From IMG/VR virus record IMGVR_UViG_3300027969_000136, positions 1 to 52,384 of that record: a DNA stretch of 52,384 nucleotides; one strand, 5' to 3'. Positions 1 to 7,388 of this stretch are shown here, one piece after another; the first letter of the stretch is position 1; each line of letters starts with the position of its first letter. The notes below the pieces were generated by a model, which saw only the letters and a list, made by a program, of their open reading frames with translations, was not told the DNA's origin and did not search any database. The stretch is from a virus. Taxonomy: Duplodnaviria > Caudoviricetes. The position numbers and the translations under genes were made by a program.

Positions 1-15
1 AGTTGTTGATAGTAG

Positions 16-108
16 TCAGAAGGGACGCCAGTACAAGAGGTCAAGAACAAGCACCATGACCGCTAACAAAAGTATTACCCTCTCCAACTTTTCCCATGGT
101 GTCATCAT
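16..108 (-). CDS. 30-aa single-TM membrane peptide (MMTPWEKLERVILLLAVMVLVLDLLYWRPF)
   Basis: Translated by hand, below the ORF-track cutoff; ATGA overlap with the upstream gene stop, GAGGAGG upstream, hydrophobic core. Confidence 0.7.
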   Translation of the reverse strand: MMTPWEKLERVILLLAVMVLVLDLLYWRPF

Positions 109-281
109 GACTCGTCCTCCTCGTCAGCTTTAAGTGTGTCAATCCAAGCACCGATCTGCTCTCCAGTGTGGTACATGAGTATCCAATCGGCTAACTCATG
201 CACAGGGTTCTGCAAAATGCAGTCGTACAACATCTCTAATGCTTTCTTGCCGAAGCGTGCTTGTATTTCTTCTGGTGTCAT
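105..281 (-). CDS. hypothetical protein, 58 aa (MTPEEIQARFGKK...DEEDES)
   Basis: Translated by hand; ATGA overlaps with both neighbours, AGGAG upstream. Confidence 0.75.
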   Translation of the reverse strand: MTPEEIQARFGKKALEMLYDCILQNPVHELADWILMYHTGEQIGAWIDTLKADEEDES

Positions 282-613
282 TTCTCTTCTCCTTTATCTT
301 CTGCTTCACGTTCTTTTCTGTACCACCATAACCATGTGGTCTCATCCTTATCTTCTAAGGCTTCAAACAAAGCCCATTGCACGTTACGTGCTAAATCTTC
401 TAGTTGGTCATGGCGTAGCACTTGGAAATCTTCGTCCTCATTTCGGCTTGCCAGTGCATCAGCCCACACCTTGTCCCAACCCTTATCCCAATCGGTCATG
501 TCATACCAACCAAGATACCCATGCACATCTTCGCCAGTCCCAATCAAATAGAACCGCACCATGCCGTTCTTATGCGGGACTCCATGTTCTTTAGTCATCC
601 AATTTTTACTCAT
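278..613 (-). CDS. hypothetical protein, 111 aa
   Basis: ORF with AAGGAG SD; tiles with neighbouring minus-strand genes. Confidence 0.8.
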   Translation of the reverse strand: MSKNWMTKEHGVPHKNGMVRFYLIGTGEDVHGYLGWYDMTDWDKGWDKVWADALASRNEDEDFQVLRHDQLEDLARNVQWALFEALEDKDETTWLWWYRKEREAEDKGEEK

Positions 614-978
614 TTAAATGTCTCCTTGATATATTGTTCAGCTTCGCGTTTGGTATCGAACCCTCGATACTCGCCCTCCTCATCTATCCATTCGCCCGAG
701 AAGTTCTTGCCGAAGATGACCCAGATGTCACCCACCCTCTCAGGTTCCCAACAGTTGCGATCGTTGAACCCTTCCATGTACAACTCATGCACGATCTTCT
801 TGCAGGTTGTGTCGTCCTCACCCGTGAGCCTCTCTAACTCAGCGGGGTGATTTTCCTCAAGCAGTTCAGCTATCTTCTCTTTGAGCTTGTCGTGTTGCTC
901 TGCTTGATAGGCTCGCTCATCTATCGAGCGTTGGTGTTCGGCCAGTAGGCCATCGTAGTAGCTATCTAATCCGTTCAT
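610..978 (-). CDS. hypothetical protein, 122 aa (start MNGLDSYY)
   Basis: ATGA overlaps at both ends; acidic phage-like protein. Confidence 0.8.
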   Translation of the reverse strand: MNGLDSYYDGLLAEHQRSIDERAYQAEQHDKLKEKIAELLEENHPAELERLTGEDDTTCKKIVHELYMEGFNDRNCWEPERVGDIWVIFGKNFSGEWIDEEGEYRGFDTKREAEQYIKETFK

Positions 979-1154
979 ACATACTCCCATGATGTTTCAG
1001 TTACACAATCAACAGTCCAGTCACCCCCGCCCGTAGGCTCGAAGTCACTGCCGTCCATGGCTACAGCTAACGCTCGTGCCTCCTCCTCGCTCTCTGCCTC
1101 GACGATGGCGTCACACCATACGACATAGCTTGCTTGTATGTAATAGCGTTTCAT
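975..1154 (-). CDS. hypothetical protein, 59 aa (MKRYYIQASY...VEAESEEEARALA...)
   Basis: Translated by hand; AAGGAG SD; 'VEAESEEEA' is typical of small phage early proteins. Confidence 0.75.
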   Translation of the reverse strand: MKRYYIQASYVVWCDAIVEAESEEEARALAVAMDGSDFEPTGGGDWTVDCVTETSWEYV

Positions 1155-1155
1155 T

Positions 1156-1347
1156 TCATTTCTCCTTGTGGTACTGGGTAAAGATAGTCTTGCCGTGGTA
1201 GTAGTGCGGTGTTATCCAGTCACCGCCCCACTTATCTGCTTCGTCTTCAATATCGTCTTCCTCGACAAACCCCGCGTGTCTGACCGAGTGAACTACCGAC
1301 TCGTCATCGGTAAAAAAGATGTCACCAAAAATTACAAACAGTTTCAT
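1156..1347 (-). CDS. hypothetical protein, 63 aa
   Basis: AAGGAGAAAG SD upstream; fills the gap in the operon. Confidence 0.75.
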   Translation of the reverse strand: MKLFVIFGDIFFTDDESVVHSVRHAGFVEEDDIEDEADKWGGDWITPHYYHGKTIFTQYHKEK

Positions 1348-1367
1348 TTACTTTCTCCTTTTAAATA

Positions 1368-1384
1368 CGGGTCACAGTGACCCG
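1368..1384. repeat. palindromic motif copy 1, CGGGTCACAGTGACCCG
   Basis: Perfect 8-1-8 inverted repeat directly after the peptidase stop codon. Confidence 0.9.
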
Positions 1385-1385
1385 C

Positions 1386-2528
1386 TTATGCTTCACAATG
1401 AATCGCATCGAACAGTGTGCAGAGCACTGTCGATGAGTCGTAGGTGTGAGCCATTGTGATGGCTTCTTGTAGTAATTCTGTGGTGAGTAGCCTGCGGTTG
1501 AGGAACCGCACAGCAATCAGTGGATCTTCAGGGTATACCGCCTCGCTGATAAGCTCAAGCAAGAAGTCATAGCGTTCATCAAGCGCATCGTCAATGGCGT
1601 CAAGCAAGTCCTCTGTCTCCCAGTAGTCATCGTCTTGCCAGTGGCCAAAGTATTTGCTATCGACTTGGTTGTTGTGGTCGTACGCCTTGCTGTCGTATTT
1701 AGTCCACCACCCCGTCATACCCATGTCGTACTTGGTTTCCTTGTACTCAGGCACAGTCGGGTCACGATCAGTAGGCAGCTTGTCCCATTGAACCTGGAGG
1801 ACGGCCTGAGACAGTAGCTCGTAGTGGTGGATGTTGAGACACTCTTGCTGACTGTGCTCATGGTCATATCCTACACTGATGTTTGTACACTCGGGGATGA
1901 TGTCGATGAACTCAGCGGTATCCGTATACACACCCGTGTCGTCAGGGGTATACATCAGGTTCTCATCGTGCAAGTTAAGCGCATCGGCCAGTGCTTGACA
2001 GAAAGTATCAGACGCACAACGACTCCAGCCCTGATGACTGATGACGTTATCTGTACCCCGTCTGTCGAACGCTATGGCTCTGTCGAACTGAGCAAGCAAG
2101 GGCGCATGATTCTTCTCCAAGAACTTAGCACCGATACCACCGCACTCCTCGCCTTGGCTGAAGATGTAGTAGCCCTTGACCCCACTGTGCATCATGTGCA
2201 TGAGCAGAGCAACGCCTGCACCATCGTCAGCACCAAGCGGTGCGCCATCGGCATACCACATACCCGCAGTCTTCCTGATCTTGTTAGCACCTACCTCGCG
2301 GTGTACTGTGTCAACGTGAGCAATGAACAGGGTACGGCTACCTGCTATGCGGTTGTCGATGTGAAGATTACCTGCACCATCCACAGATGTGAACGACTTG
2401 AGTTCTGCGGGTAGCGTATTGAATAGCCACTCAGTGAAGTCAGACACAGCGACAGTATTGTGAGGACGCTTGGCAGACAACGCCCGAGCTAGGGTTTTGT
2501 GTAGTATTGATTTCTTGTTCATGTTCAT
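1386..2528 (-). CDS. M28/M20-family zinc-dependent peptidase
   Basis: Metal-ligand motifs AHVDTVH, LGADDGAG, GEECGG, AFDRRG and NISVGYDHEH; alternative start at 2522. Confidence 0.85.
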   Translation of the reverse strand: MNMNKKSILHKTLARALSAKRPHNTVAVSDFTEWLFNTLPAELKSFTSVDGAGNLHIDNRIAGSRTLFIAHVDTVHREVGANKIRKTAGMWYADGAPLGADDGAGVALLMHMMHSGVKGYYIFSQGEECGGIGAKFLEKNHAPLLAQFDRAIAFDRRGTDNVISHQGWSRCASDTFCQALADALNLHDENLMYTPDDTGVYTDTAEFIDIIPECTNISVGYDHEHSQQECLNIHHYELLSQAVLQVQWDKLPTDRDPTVPEYKETKYDMGMTGWWTKYDSKAYDHNNQVDSKYFGHWQDDDYWETEDLLDAIDDALDERYDFLLELISEAVYPEDPLIAVRFLNRRLLTTELLQEAITMAHTYDSSTVLCTLFDAIHCEA

Positions 2529-4219
2529 TCTCCTTGTGTTTCTAAGTATTTGTTTGCGATCTCGTTGGCTTGTGCCATGAGGTCAGTGCAAAGTATTTCA
2601 CGCACCATTCTGTTGAAGCCTGCTCTGTCTTGGCTATTGATGAACTCAGTGGTGTATCTGCGCTCAGCGCGTAGCTTGCGGTCATCGAGTGTGTAGGTCA
2701 GGCTGATAATTACATCGCCCATACCAATCGAGTAGTCCCATAGCATATGCACATTCCACAGCATATCCATGGTCAGCATGGTGGGCATACCCTCGTCCTC
2801 ATCAATGCGCTTGGGTGCATTGTCTTTGTGATAGCGCACACCCTCGATCTCAACCCAATCGGCACAGTCATCGGTGTACCAGTTGCACGACTGCTCGCAT
2901 TGCCAGCCGTCCTCGGTCAAGCCGTACTCATCGGTGTCCTCGAACCGACACACACGCTCATCGTCTATCAGATACCAGTCACCATTGATCTCAACGGCCT
3001 CATCCATCGGGGCGTACTCACCGCACTCAAGCTCAATGATCTCGTTGTCAGCAAGATAGTCCTCATCGTAGTGCTCGCTTTGAGAGTCGACATACACCAC
3101 GTTGTCGTTGTGTACATAGTACTGATTGCCTCGTCTGCCGTACACATAGGTGTAGTGGTTGTTAAGGCACGACTCACAGACACGAGTGTCCTCACCGCGT
3201 CCGATCCAGTACCCGTCATCGTCAGAGGTGCGGTCGCCACAGTCCTCACAGTCAAAGGAGTTCTCGTCCTCCTCATCATTGGTAGCATACCCGCCAGTGT
3301 TCTCGCATATCCAGTCACCATCCGAGTCGATCTCAAGCCAGCGCTCATGCTCGTTGACCTCAACGTGACGCTCACCGCCATCGAGGTAGGGTGCAAGGAA
3401 GTTGTCTCGTGCAGGATGGTACGCCAGCTTCTCACCCTCACGCCAGTAACCCTCCTTGGTATAGCCCTGTTCCTTGAGCCACGTATCCATGCCGTCATCT
3501 GTCTGACTGTAGCTGGACTCGTTGGATGGGCGCAGGTAACTGCGAACGAAATACTTGACGCCATCATCGGGGCTGGTCATACACAGCGCACGACCCATCG
3601 TGGTATCACCCTCGATGCGAACCGCCATGTGCCAGCCATACTTGGGATCGTATGCCTCGTAGGGGTGACGGGTCACGCCATCATCGCACTTGATACCATG
3701 ATCCTCGCCCCATACCATGCACGACTTCGGCCCACGATGTAGGTGGTAGATCATCTCGGCGGTAGTGTGTACGAGTTGGAACCGAGCCGCTGATCCGTAG
3801 CGTGAGACAAGATCACGGATGGTGTGATCGGGTAGGTCGAAGTGTCTGTTGAGATACTTGCCCACCGATGTGACAGTCTGAATGTCACGCCTACCCTTGT
3901 CCTCGTTCTGTGTGTAAGCGATCTTGGACTTGTCACCTTGGGATACATGAGGCCACTCAAGCAGCATCTGATGCCAGTCACGGGGACGAGCGATCAGAAC
4001 AGCGGCACGAATAACCTCGTGCATCTTGTAGCGTTGTATCTCGCGGTTGATCCAGCGTCTTGCCTCACGCTTCTCGTCAATAGCGATGCAAGTCTCGGTG
4101 TCGCGGGCTTGATGCCACTCCACCATCAGGTCGTGATCTACGATGCGGATAGACTGCTCCGCAAGATCAATGGTTTGTAGCATCTGTATGCCGTCATAAG
4201 TTGTGTCAGTGTGTGACAT
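2525..4219 (-). CDS. hypothetical 564-aa protein with GPKSCM motif and acidic Cys-rich (Zn-ribbon-like) C-terminal region
   Basis: Long ORF with strong SD; CEDC, CESC and CEQSC motifs in a D/E-rich region. Confidence 0.75.
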   Translation of the reverse strand: MSHTDTTYDGIQMLQTIDLAEQSIRIVDHDLMVEWHQARDTETCIAIDEKREARRWINREIQRYKMHEVIRAAVLIARPRDWHQMLLEWPHVSQGDKSKIAYTQNEDKGRRDIQTVTSVGKYLNRHFDLPDHTIRDLVSRYGSAARFQLVHTTAEMIYHLHRGPKSCMVWGEDHGIKCDDGVTRHPYEAYDPKYGWHMAVRIEGDTTMGRALCMTSPDDGVKYFVRSYLRPSNESSYSQTDDGMDTWLKEQGYTKEGYWREGEKLAYHPARDNFLAPYLDGGERHVEVNEHERWLEIDSDGDWICENTGGYATNDEEDENSFDCEDCGDRTSDDDGYWIGRGEDTRVCESCLNNHYTYVYGRRGNQYYVHNDNVVYVDSQSEHYDEDYLADNEIIELECGEYAPMDEAVEINGDWYLIDDERVCRFEDTDEYGLTEDGWQCEQSCNWYTDDCADWVEIEGVRYHKDNAPKRIDEDEGMPTMLTMDMLWNVHMLWDYSIGMGDVIISLTYTLDDRKLRAERRYTTEFINSQDRAGFNRMVREILCTDLMAQANEIANKYLETQGE

Positions 4220-4244
4220 CTTGCTTTCTCCTTAAGTTTCAAGT

Positions 4245-4264
4245 GCCGAGGGAACCGCCTCGGC
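4245..4264. promoter_or_regulatory. intergenic hairpin GCCGAGG-N6-CCTCGGC between the palindrome and the RBS
   Basis: 7-bp GC-rich inverted repeat; no clear U-tract on the minus strand. Confidence 0.5.
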
Positions 4265-4272
4265 TTCGGTTT

Positions 4273-4289
4273 CGGGTCACTGTGACCCT
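4273..4289. repeat. palindromic motif copy 2, CGGGTCACTGTGACCCT
   Basis: Overlaps the stop codon of 4288..5127. Confidence 0.9.
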
Positions 4290-5127
4290 ATTTCGTTTCG
4301 GGATACATCCCGTGCCACGTTGGGGGAACGAAGTCGTTGGGCTTCAACTCATCCATCCACCTCAATGCTTGCTTAATCTTGCGCACTGTTTGTAAGTGCT
4401 TGTCTGTTGGTTCTATCTCATACGCCTGCTGTGCGTTGATAAGCTCGTTCTCTGTTCTCAGTTTTAATCTCTCAAGCTGGGCCGACTTAGCCTTACTCTC
4501 TTGAGGTGGCCTGCTTGTGCGTTGAAAAGGTAGCTTGCGTTTCATGCGCGGTGATGTAGGGATGAGGCCAAACAAGTCGCTCACCTCTTGACGCTGTGCT
4601 CGTGGAACCCAGTCAGTCCAATGCGCTCCGTTGTTAGGTATGGCTCGGGGATTCTTGCGTTGAACCCATGCCGAGAACTGCGATGGCGTCATCCGATGGC
4701 CAAGCTCAGGCTCAACGATGTCCCCGTTGTCGTTCACGTAGGTAGTCATGTAATTAGTTTTAATCTTATGCTCAAGGCGTTGCATCACCTCGATGTATCT
4801 GTCGAACGCCTCGTCACGTTCGGGTGTTGGGTTGGTGCTTTTGTACTTGCGACCCACGATGGCGTTGGCCAACTCGTACTTCAGGTCACGCAGTAACGCT
4901 TTCCAAAGCGCATCGAACTGCTTGTTGCGTAGCTTGCTTGACTTCATTTCCGATTTCTTTTTGAGCAATAACTCCATGCGTTCAACACGCACGCTCGGAT
5001 CGGAGATCGTTTTCACAAGGTAGTTTTGCAGTTGCTTGGGGGTCAGCTTGAGTTGCTGTGCCTCGCTCAAAGGGTTACGCATGAGCTTGAGGTCAAGATG
5101 TGTCGAGATTAAAGCTATATTTTTCAT
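4288..5127 (-). CDS. hypothetical basic protein, ~279 aa (start MKNIALIS)
   Basis: The ORF-track extension to 5373 runs through AT-rich low-complexity DNA; the ATG at 5127 has an AGGA SD. Confidence 0.75.
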   Translation of the reverse strand: MKNIALISTHLDLKLMRNPLSEAQQLKLTPKQLQNYLVKTISDPSVRVERMELLLKKKSEMKSSKLRNKQFDALWKALLRDLKYELANAIVGRKYKSTNPTPERDEAFDRYIEVMQRLEHKIKTNYMTTYVNDNGDIVEPELGHRMTPSQFSAWVQRKNPRAIPNNGAHWTDWVPRAQRQEVSDLFGLIPTSPRMKRKLPFQRTSRPPQESKAKSAQLERLKLRTENELINAQQAYEIEPTDKHLQTVRKIKQALRWMDELKPNDFVPPTWHGMYPETK

Positions 5128-5470
5128 TTGCTGTCCTAGATTAAACAGGTATCCGAAATGGATGGATAGATGATAACTAATATCCACGCCGTGTGCAAGG
5201 CAGAAACGGGTTGACTGTCCATGGTATCCGTCCTTTTTTAAAAACAACAACGCCTTAGCATAAAGTAAAGGGCTGTCGAGCTTACGGAAAATTGCTCGCA
5301 TATACAAACACACTCCTATATATATAAATATATTTAAAAAGATATATATAAAGGACAGTTGTCTCGGACGCAAGCAATGGCGCGGGTTTGCGCTGTACTC
5401 GGAGCTTGGATAGCTGTTTAATCATGGATAGGTAGGTAAATTGTAGATTAAACAGCTTTGGACGACAATT
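5128..5470. other. non-coding AT-rich region with repeats, putative replication origin or control region
   Basis: 36-nt almost pure A/T tract (5317-5352), TAGATTAAACAG direct repeats, 12-bp inverted repeat, several GGATA/TATCC motifs. Confidence 0.45.
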
Positions 5471-5487
5471 CGGGTCATTGTGACCCG
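5471..5487. repeat. palindromic motif copy 3, CGGGTCATTGTGACCCG
   Basis: Overlaps the stop codon of 5475..5657. Confidence 0.9.
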
Positions 5488-5657
5488 TTTTGCCATGCTT
5501 GACGCATTTCGGAGCGTGCTTCCATCTCCTCAACTTTACGCAAGGCCAGTGCTTTGCGCTCATCGTGCTTGATGCGTTCCTCATACTTGGGGCGTTGTTC
5601 GTTGTTCCACTTTGCGAGCGCGACTTGCTTGGGGGTGTAGTGCTTGAACTTGCTCAT
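5475..5657 (-). CDS. hypothetical protein, 60 aa
   Basis: AAGGAG SD; charged helical protein. Confidence 0.75.
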   Translation of the reverse strand: MSKFKHYTPKQVALAKWNNEQRPKYEERIKHDERKALALRKVEEMEARSEMRQAWQNGSQ

Positions 5658-5660
5658 GGT

Positions 5661-5834
5661 TTACTCCTTGATGTAGGTGAGGATGTTGAGAACTGTACGG
5701 GCGGCATAGCCTGCAAAGACAAGAGAGGCTTGACGTAGCCAGAAGCCATCGCCATCCCATCCTGCGTAGAGCAGGCAACAGACGAGAAGCGTGCCCATGA
5801 TGGCCGCGAGTGCATGGTATTGATTGTCAGACAT
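5661..5834 (-). CDS. small two-TM membrane protein, 57 aa (start MSDNQYH)
   Basis: AAGGA SD before the ATG at 5834; two hydrophobic segments. Confidence 0.7.
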   Translation of the reverse strand: MSDNQYHALAAIMGTLLVCCLLYAGWDGDGFWLRQASLVFAGYAARTVLNILTYIKE

Positions 5835-5908
5835 GGTGTTTTCCTTTTTGGTTAGACAAGAAACGAAACAACGCAAGAGGCTCTTTCTCTTGCGCGTTCA
5901 GAAAAAAG

Positions 5909-5925
5909 CGGGTCACAGTGACCCG
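5909..5925. repeat. palindromic motif copy 4, CGGGTCACAGTGACCCG
   Basis: Perfect copy 4 nt after the stop codon of 5930..6307. Confidence 0.9.
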
Positions 5926-5929
5926 AAAA

Positions 5930-6307
5930 TCATGCAACGAGAGCTTTCAGGGCTTTGCGTTGTTCTGCAGGGGTGAGCTTGCCAAAGGCTTCGATGATTT
6001 TCGCAACAGGGTCAAGCGGTTCTTTCTTTGCGCTTGAGGTTCTGCGCGTAGTTCCCTCGATCATGTGCATGATGTCGCGCACTGTGGTCTTCGCGCCTTC
6101 GTACTTGGGGTGATCGCTCACCAGTACGATCTTGCCCGCCTTGGTTTCTCTGAACTCTGCGCCCGTCTTGCCACAAGCCCACTCGATGACAATGGGTCTG
6201 CACGCTTCGACTGTTGCGTAGCCCGCATCCTTCATGCCTTGTATGAGCTTGACCCGTGAGTCAGCGAATGTGTTGAGTGTTGCGAACGCTTTGGATTTGT
6301 TTGACAT
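5930..6307 (-). CDS. hypothetical basic protein, 125 aa (start MSNKSKAF), first gene of the leftward operon
   Basis: CAAGGAGAAACACC SD before the ATG at 6307. Confidence 0.8.
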   Translation of the reverse strand: MSNKSKAFATLNTFADSRVKLIQGMKDAGYATVEACRPIVIEWACGKTGAEFRETKAGKIVLVSDHPKYEGAKTTVRDIMHMIEGTTRRTSSAKKEPLDPVAKIIEAFGKLTPAEQRKALKALVA

Positions 6308-6408
6308 GGTGTTTCTCCTTGAATGTCGTTGTTGCCTCAGAGGGAATCCCTTATGGCTAACTCCATTGTGCATATACCCCTGTTTGATCGGGGTTGACTA
6401 CCCTTTTT

Positions 6409-6425
6409 CGGGTCACGTTGACCCT
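6409..6425. repeat. palindromic motif copy 5, CGGGTCACGTTGACCCT
   Basis: Same GGGTCA-N3-TGACCC core, upstream of the leftward operon. Confidence 0.85.
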
Positions 6426-6644
6426 GTTTTTAGGCGTTTTCCGCCCTATTTCGACCCCACCCTACCCCCACCAGCCCAAATTCGATGGTCACCCTCCTGC
6501 CCGACATGAACACTGTTCCATAACCGCACAGCAAACTTTGTAATAACTTAGTTCTAATCCTAGCCCTAACACCACACCCCCCATAAATTTTATAAAAATC
6601 CAGAAATACCCTTGTCTAATGTTTGACACCCCCTCTGTACAGAC

Positions 6645-6677
6645 AAAAAAAAGCCCCGGGTGCTTAAGTCCGGGGCT
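6645..6677 (-). terminator. Rho-independent terminator (AGCCCCGG...CCGGGGCT followed by a U-tract)
   Basis: 8-bp GC stem; A8 run at 6645-6652 gives a U-tract on the minus strand. Confidence 0.8.
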
Positions 6678-6763
6678 AAAGATGGCAACTGATACCATCA
6701 AGGAGAAAGCAAGCGAACTCGATGAGTTTGGCCAAAGGCCAAAACGATCTTGCGCACCCACTC
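6645..6763 (-). ncRNA. candidate trans-acting small RNA (~118 nt) with anti-Shine-Dalgarno seed CUUGCUUUCUCCUU
   Basis: Bounded by a sigma70-like promoter and an intrinsic terminator; internal hairpins; unpaired segment complementary to left-arm RBSs; 5' end is inferred. Confidence 0.6.
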
Positions 6764-6779
6764 AATTTAAGTGTACATT
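6750..6779 (+). promoter_or_regulatory. putative rightward sigma70 promoter TTGCGC-N18-TACATT
   Basis: Consensus-like hexamers upstream of the terminase operon. Confidence 0.4.
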
Positions 6780-6798
6780 ATCTACATCGCAGGTTCAA
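6770..6798 (-). promoter_or_regulatory. putative leftward sigma70 promoter TTGAAC-N17-TACACT driving the sRNA
   Basis: Consensus-like hexamers with 17-nt spacing, ~120 nt upstream of a terminator. Confidence 0.6.
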
Positions 6799-6812
6799 GG
6801 GCTTATGCGCAG

Positions 6813-7388
6813 ATGTTAGATCACTTAATCAATTTCGAACCCGAGGTGAGCGCTCACCCGGGTAACTTCGTCCCCATGGAAAAGACAGATCCATCGGACG
6901 TGGTGGACGGCATGGCCAAAACGGTTGACTGGCTCAAGGAGCTTGGAGCCGTGGACACAGATACTTTGGTCAATGAGTCCCAAAGCCAAGCAGCACGTAC
7001 TGCTTTCACGAACATCGTTACCGCCAAACCTGCGGAAATGACGCATACCTCTCTGGCAAACATCAAAACGCCTGAAGCTGTACAGAAACTTGTAGGGATG
7101 CTGTCTGCCTACGACTGGGAGTTTGTAGAGCAGGCCAAGCAAATCAGGGGCTACACAGTGGCCAAGTTGGTGGAAGAAACCGAACACCCCAACGCCAACA
7201 TCCGCCTCAAAGCGCTGGGTTTGTTGGGCAAAGTCACCGAAGTTGGGCTGTTTACTGAGAAGATTGAGATTAAGAAGACCGAGTTGTCAGACGTTGAGCT
7301 TGAAGTGCGGATCAAGGAAAAGCTCAACAGGTTCATGGGTGTGATCGACGTGGTTGACATAAGCGAAGAAGACACTGATGAAGCGTGA
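6813..7388 (+). CDS. putative terminase small subunit (start MLDHL)
   Basis: Immediately upstream of and overlapping TerL; C-terminal RLKALGLLGK...GLFTEK is TerS-like. Confidence 0.6.
   Translation: MLDHLINFEPEVSAHPGNFVPMEKTDPSDVVDGMAKTVDWLKELGAVDTDTLVNESQSQAARTAFTNIVTAKPAEMTHTSLANIKTPEAVQKLVGMLSAYDWEFVEQAKQIRGYTVAKLVEETEHPNANIRLKALGLLGKVTEVGLFTEKIEIKKTELSDVELEVRIKEKLNRFMGVIDVVDISEEDTDEA

Noticed and set aside
1758-1766. CGGGTCAC half-sites inside genes (also near 3669 and 18933)
   Set aside because: They lack the matching TGACCC arm at 3-nt spacing and can be explained by coding sequence
2747-3742. 331-aa plus-strand ORF and other long antisense ORFs (e.g. 1824..2414, 14355..14987, 47921..48580)
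   Set aside because: Shadow frames opposite well-supported genes; no recognisable motifs
5128-5373. N-terminal extension of the 361-aa ORF
   Set aside because: Runs through TA-rich low-complexity DNA; an ATG with an SD exists at 5127
1368-6425. Palindromes as a CRISPR array or integron attC sites
   Set aside because: Spacing is irregular (438-2905 bp), the repeats are only 17 bp, and no cas or integrase gene is in the window
6700-6865. Plus-strand AAGGAG at 6700 as the RBS of a 47-aa ORF starting at 6722, or of the 6619..6819 ORF
   Set aside because: SD-to-ATG spacing of ~16 nt is too long and the peptide overlaps terS; the minus-strand promoter and terminator explain the region better
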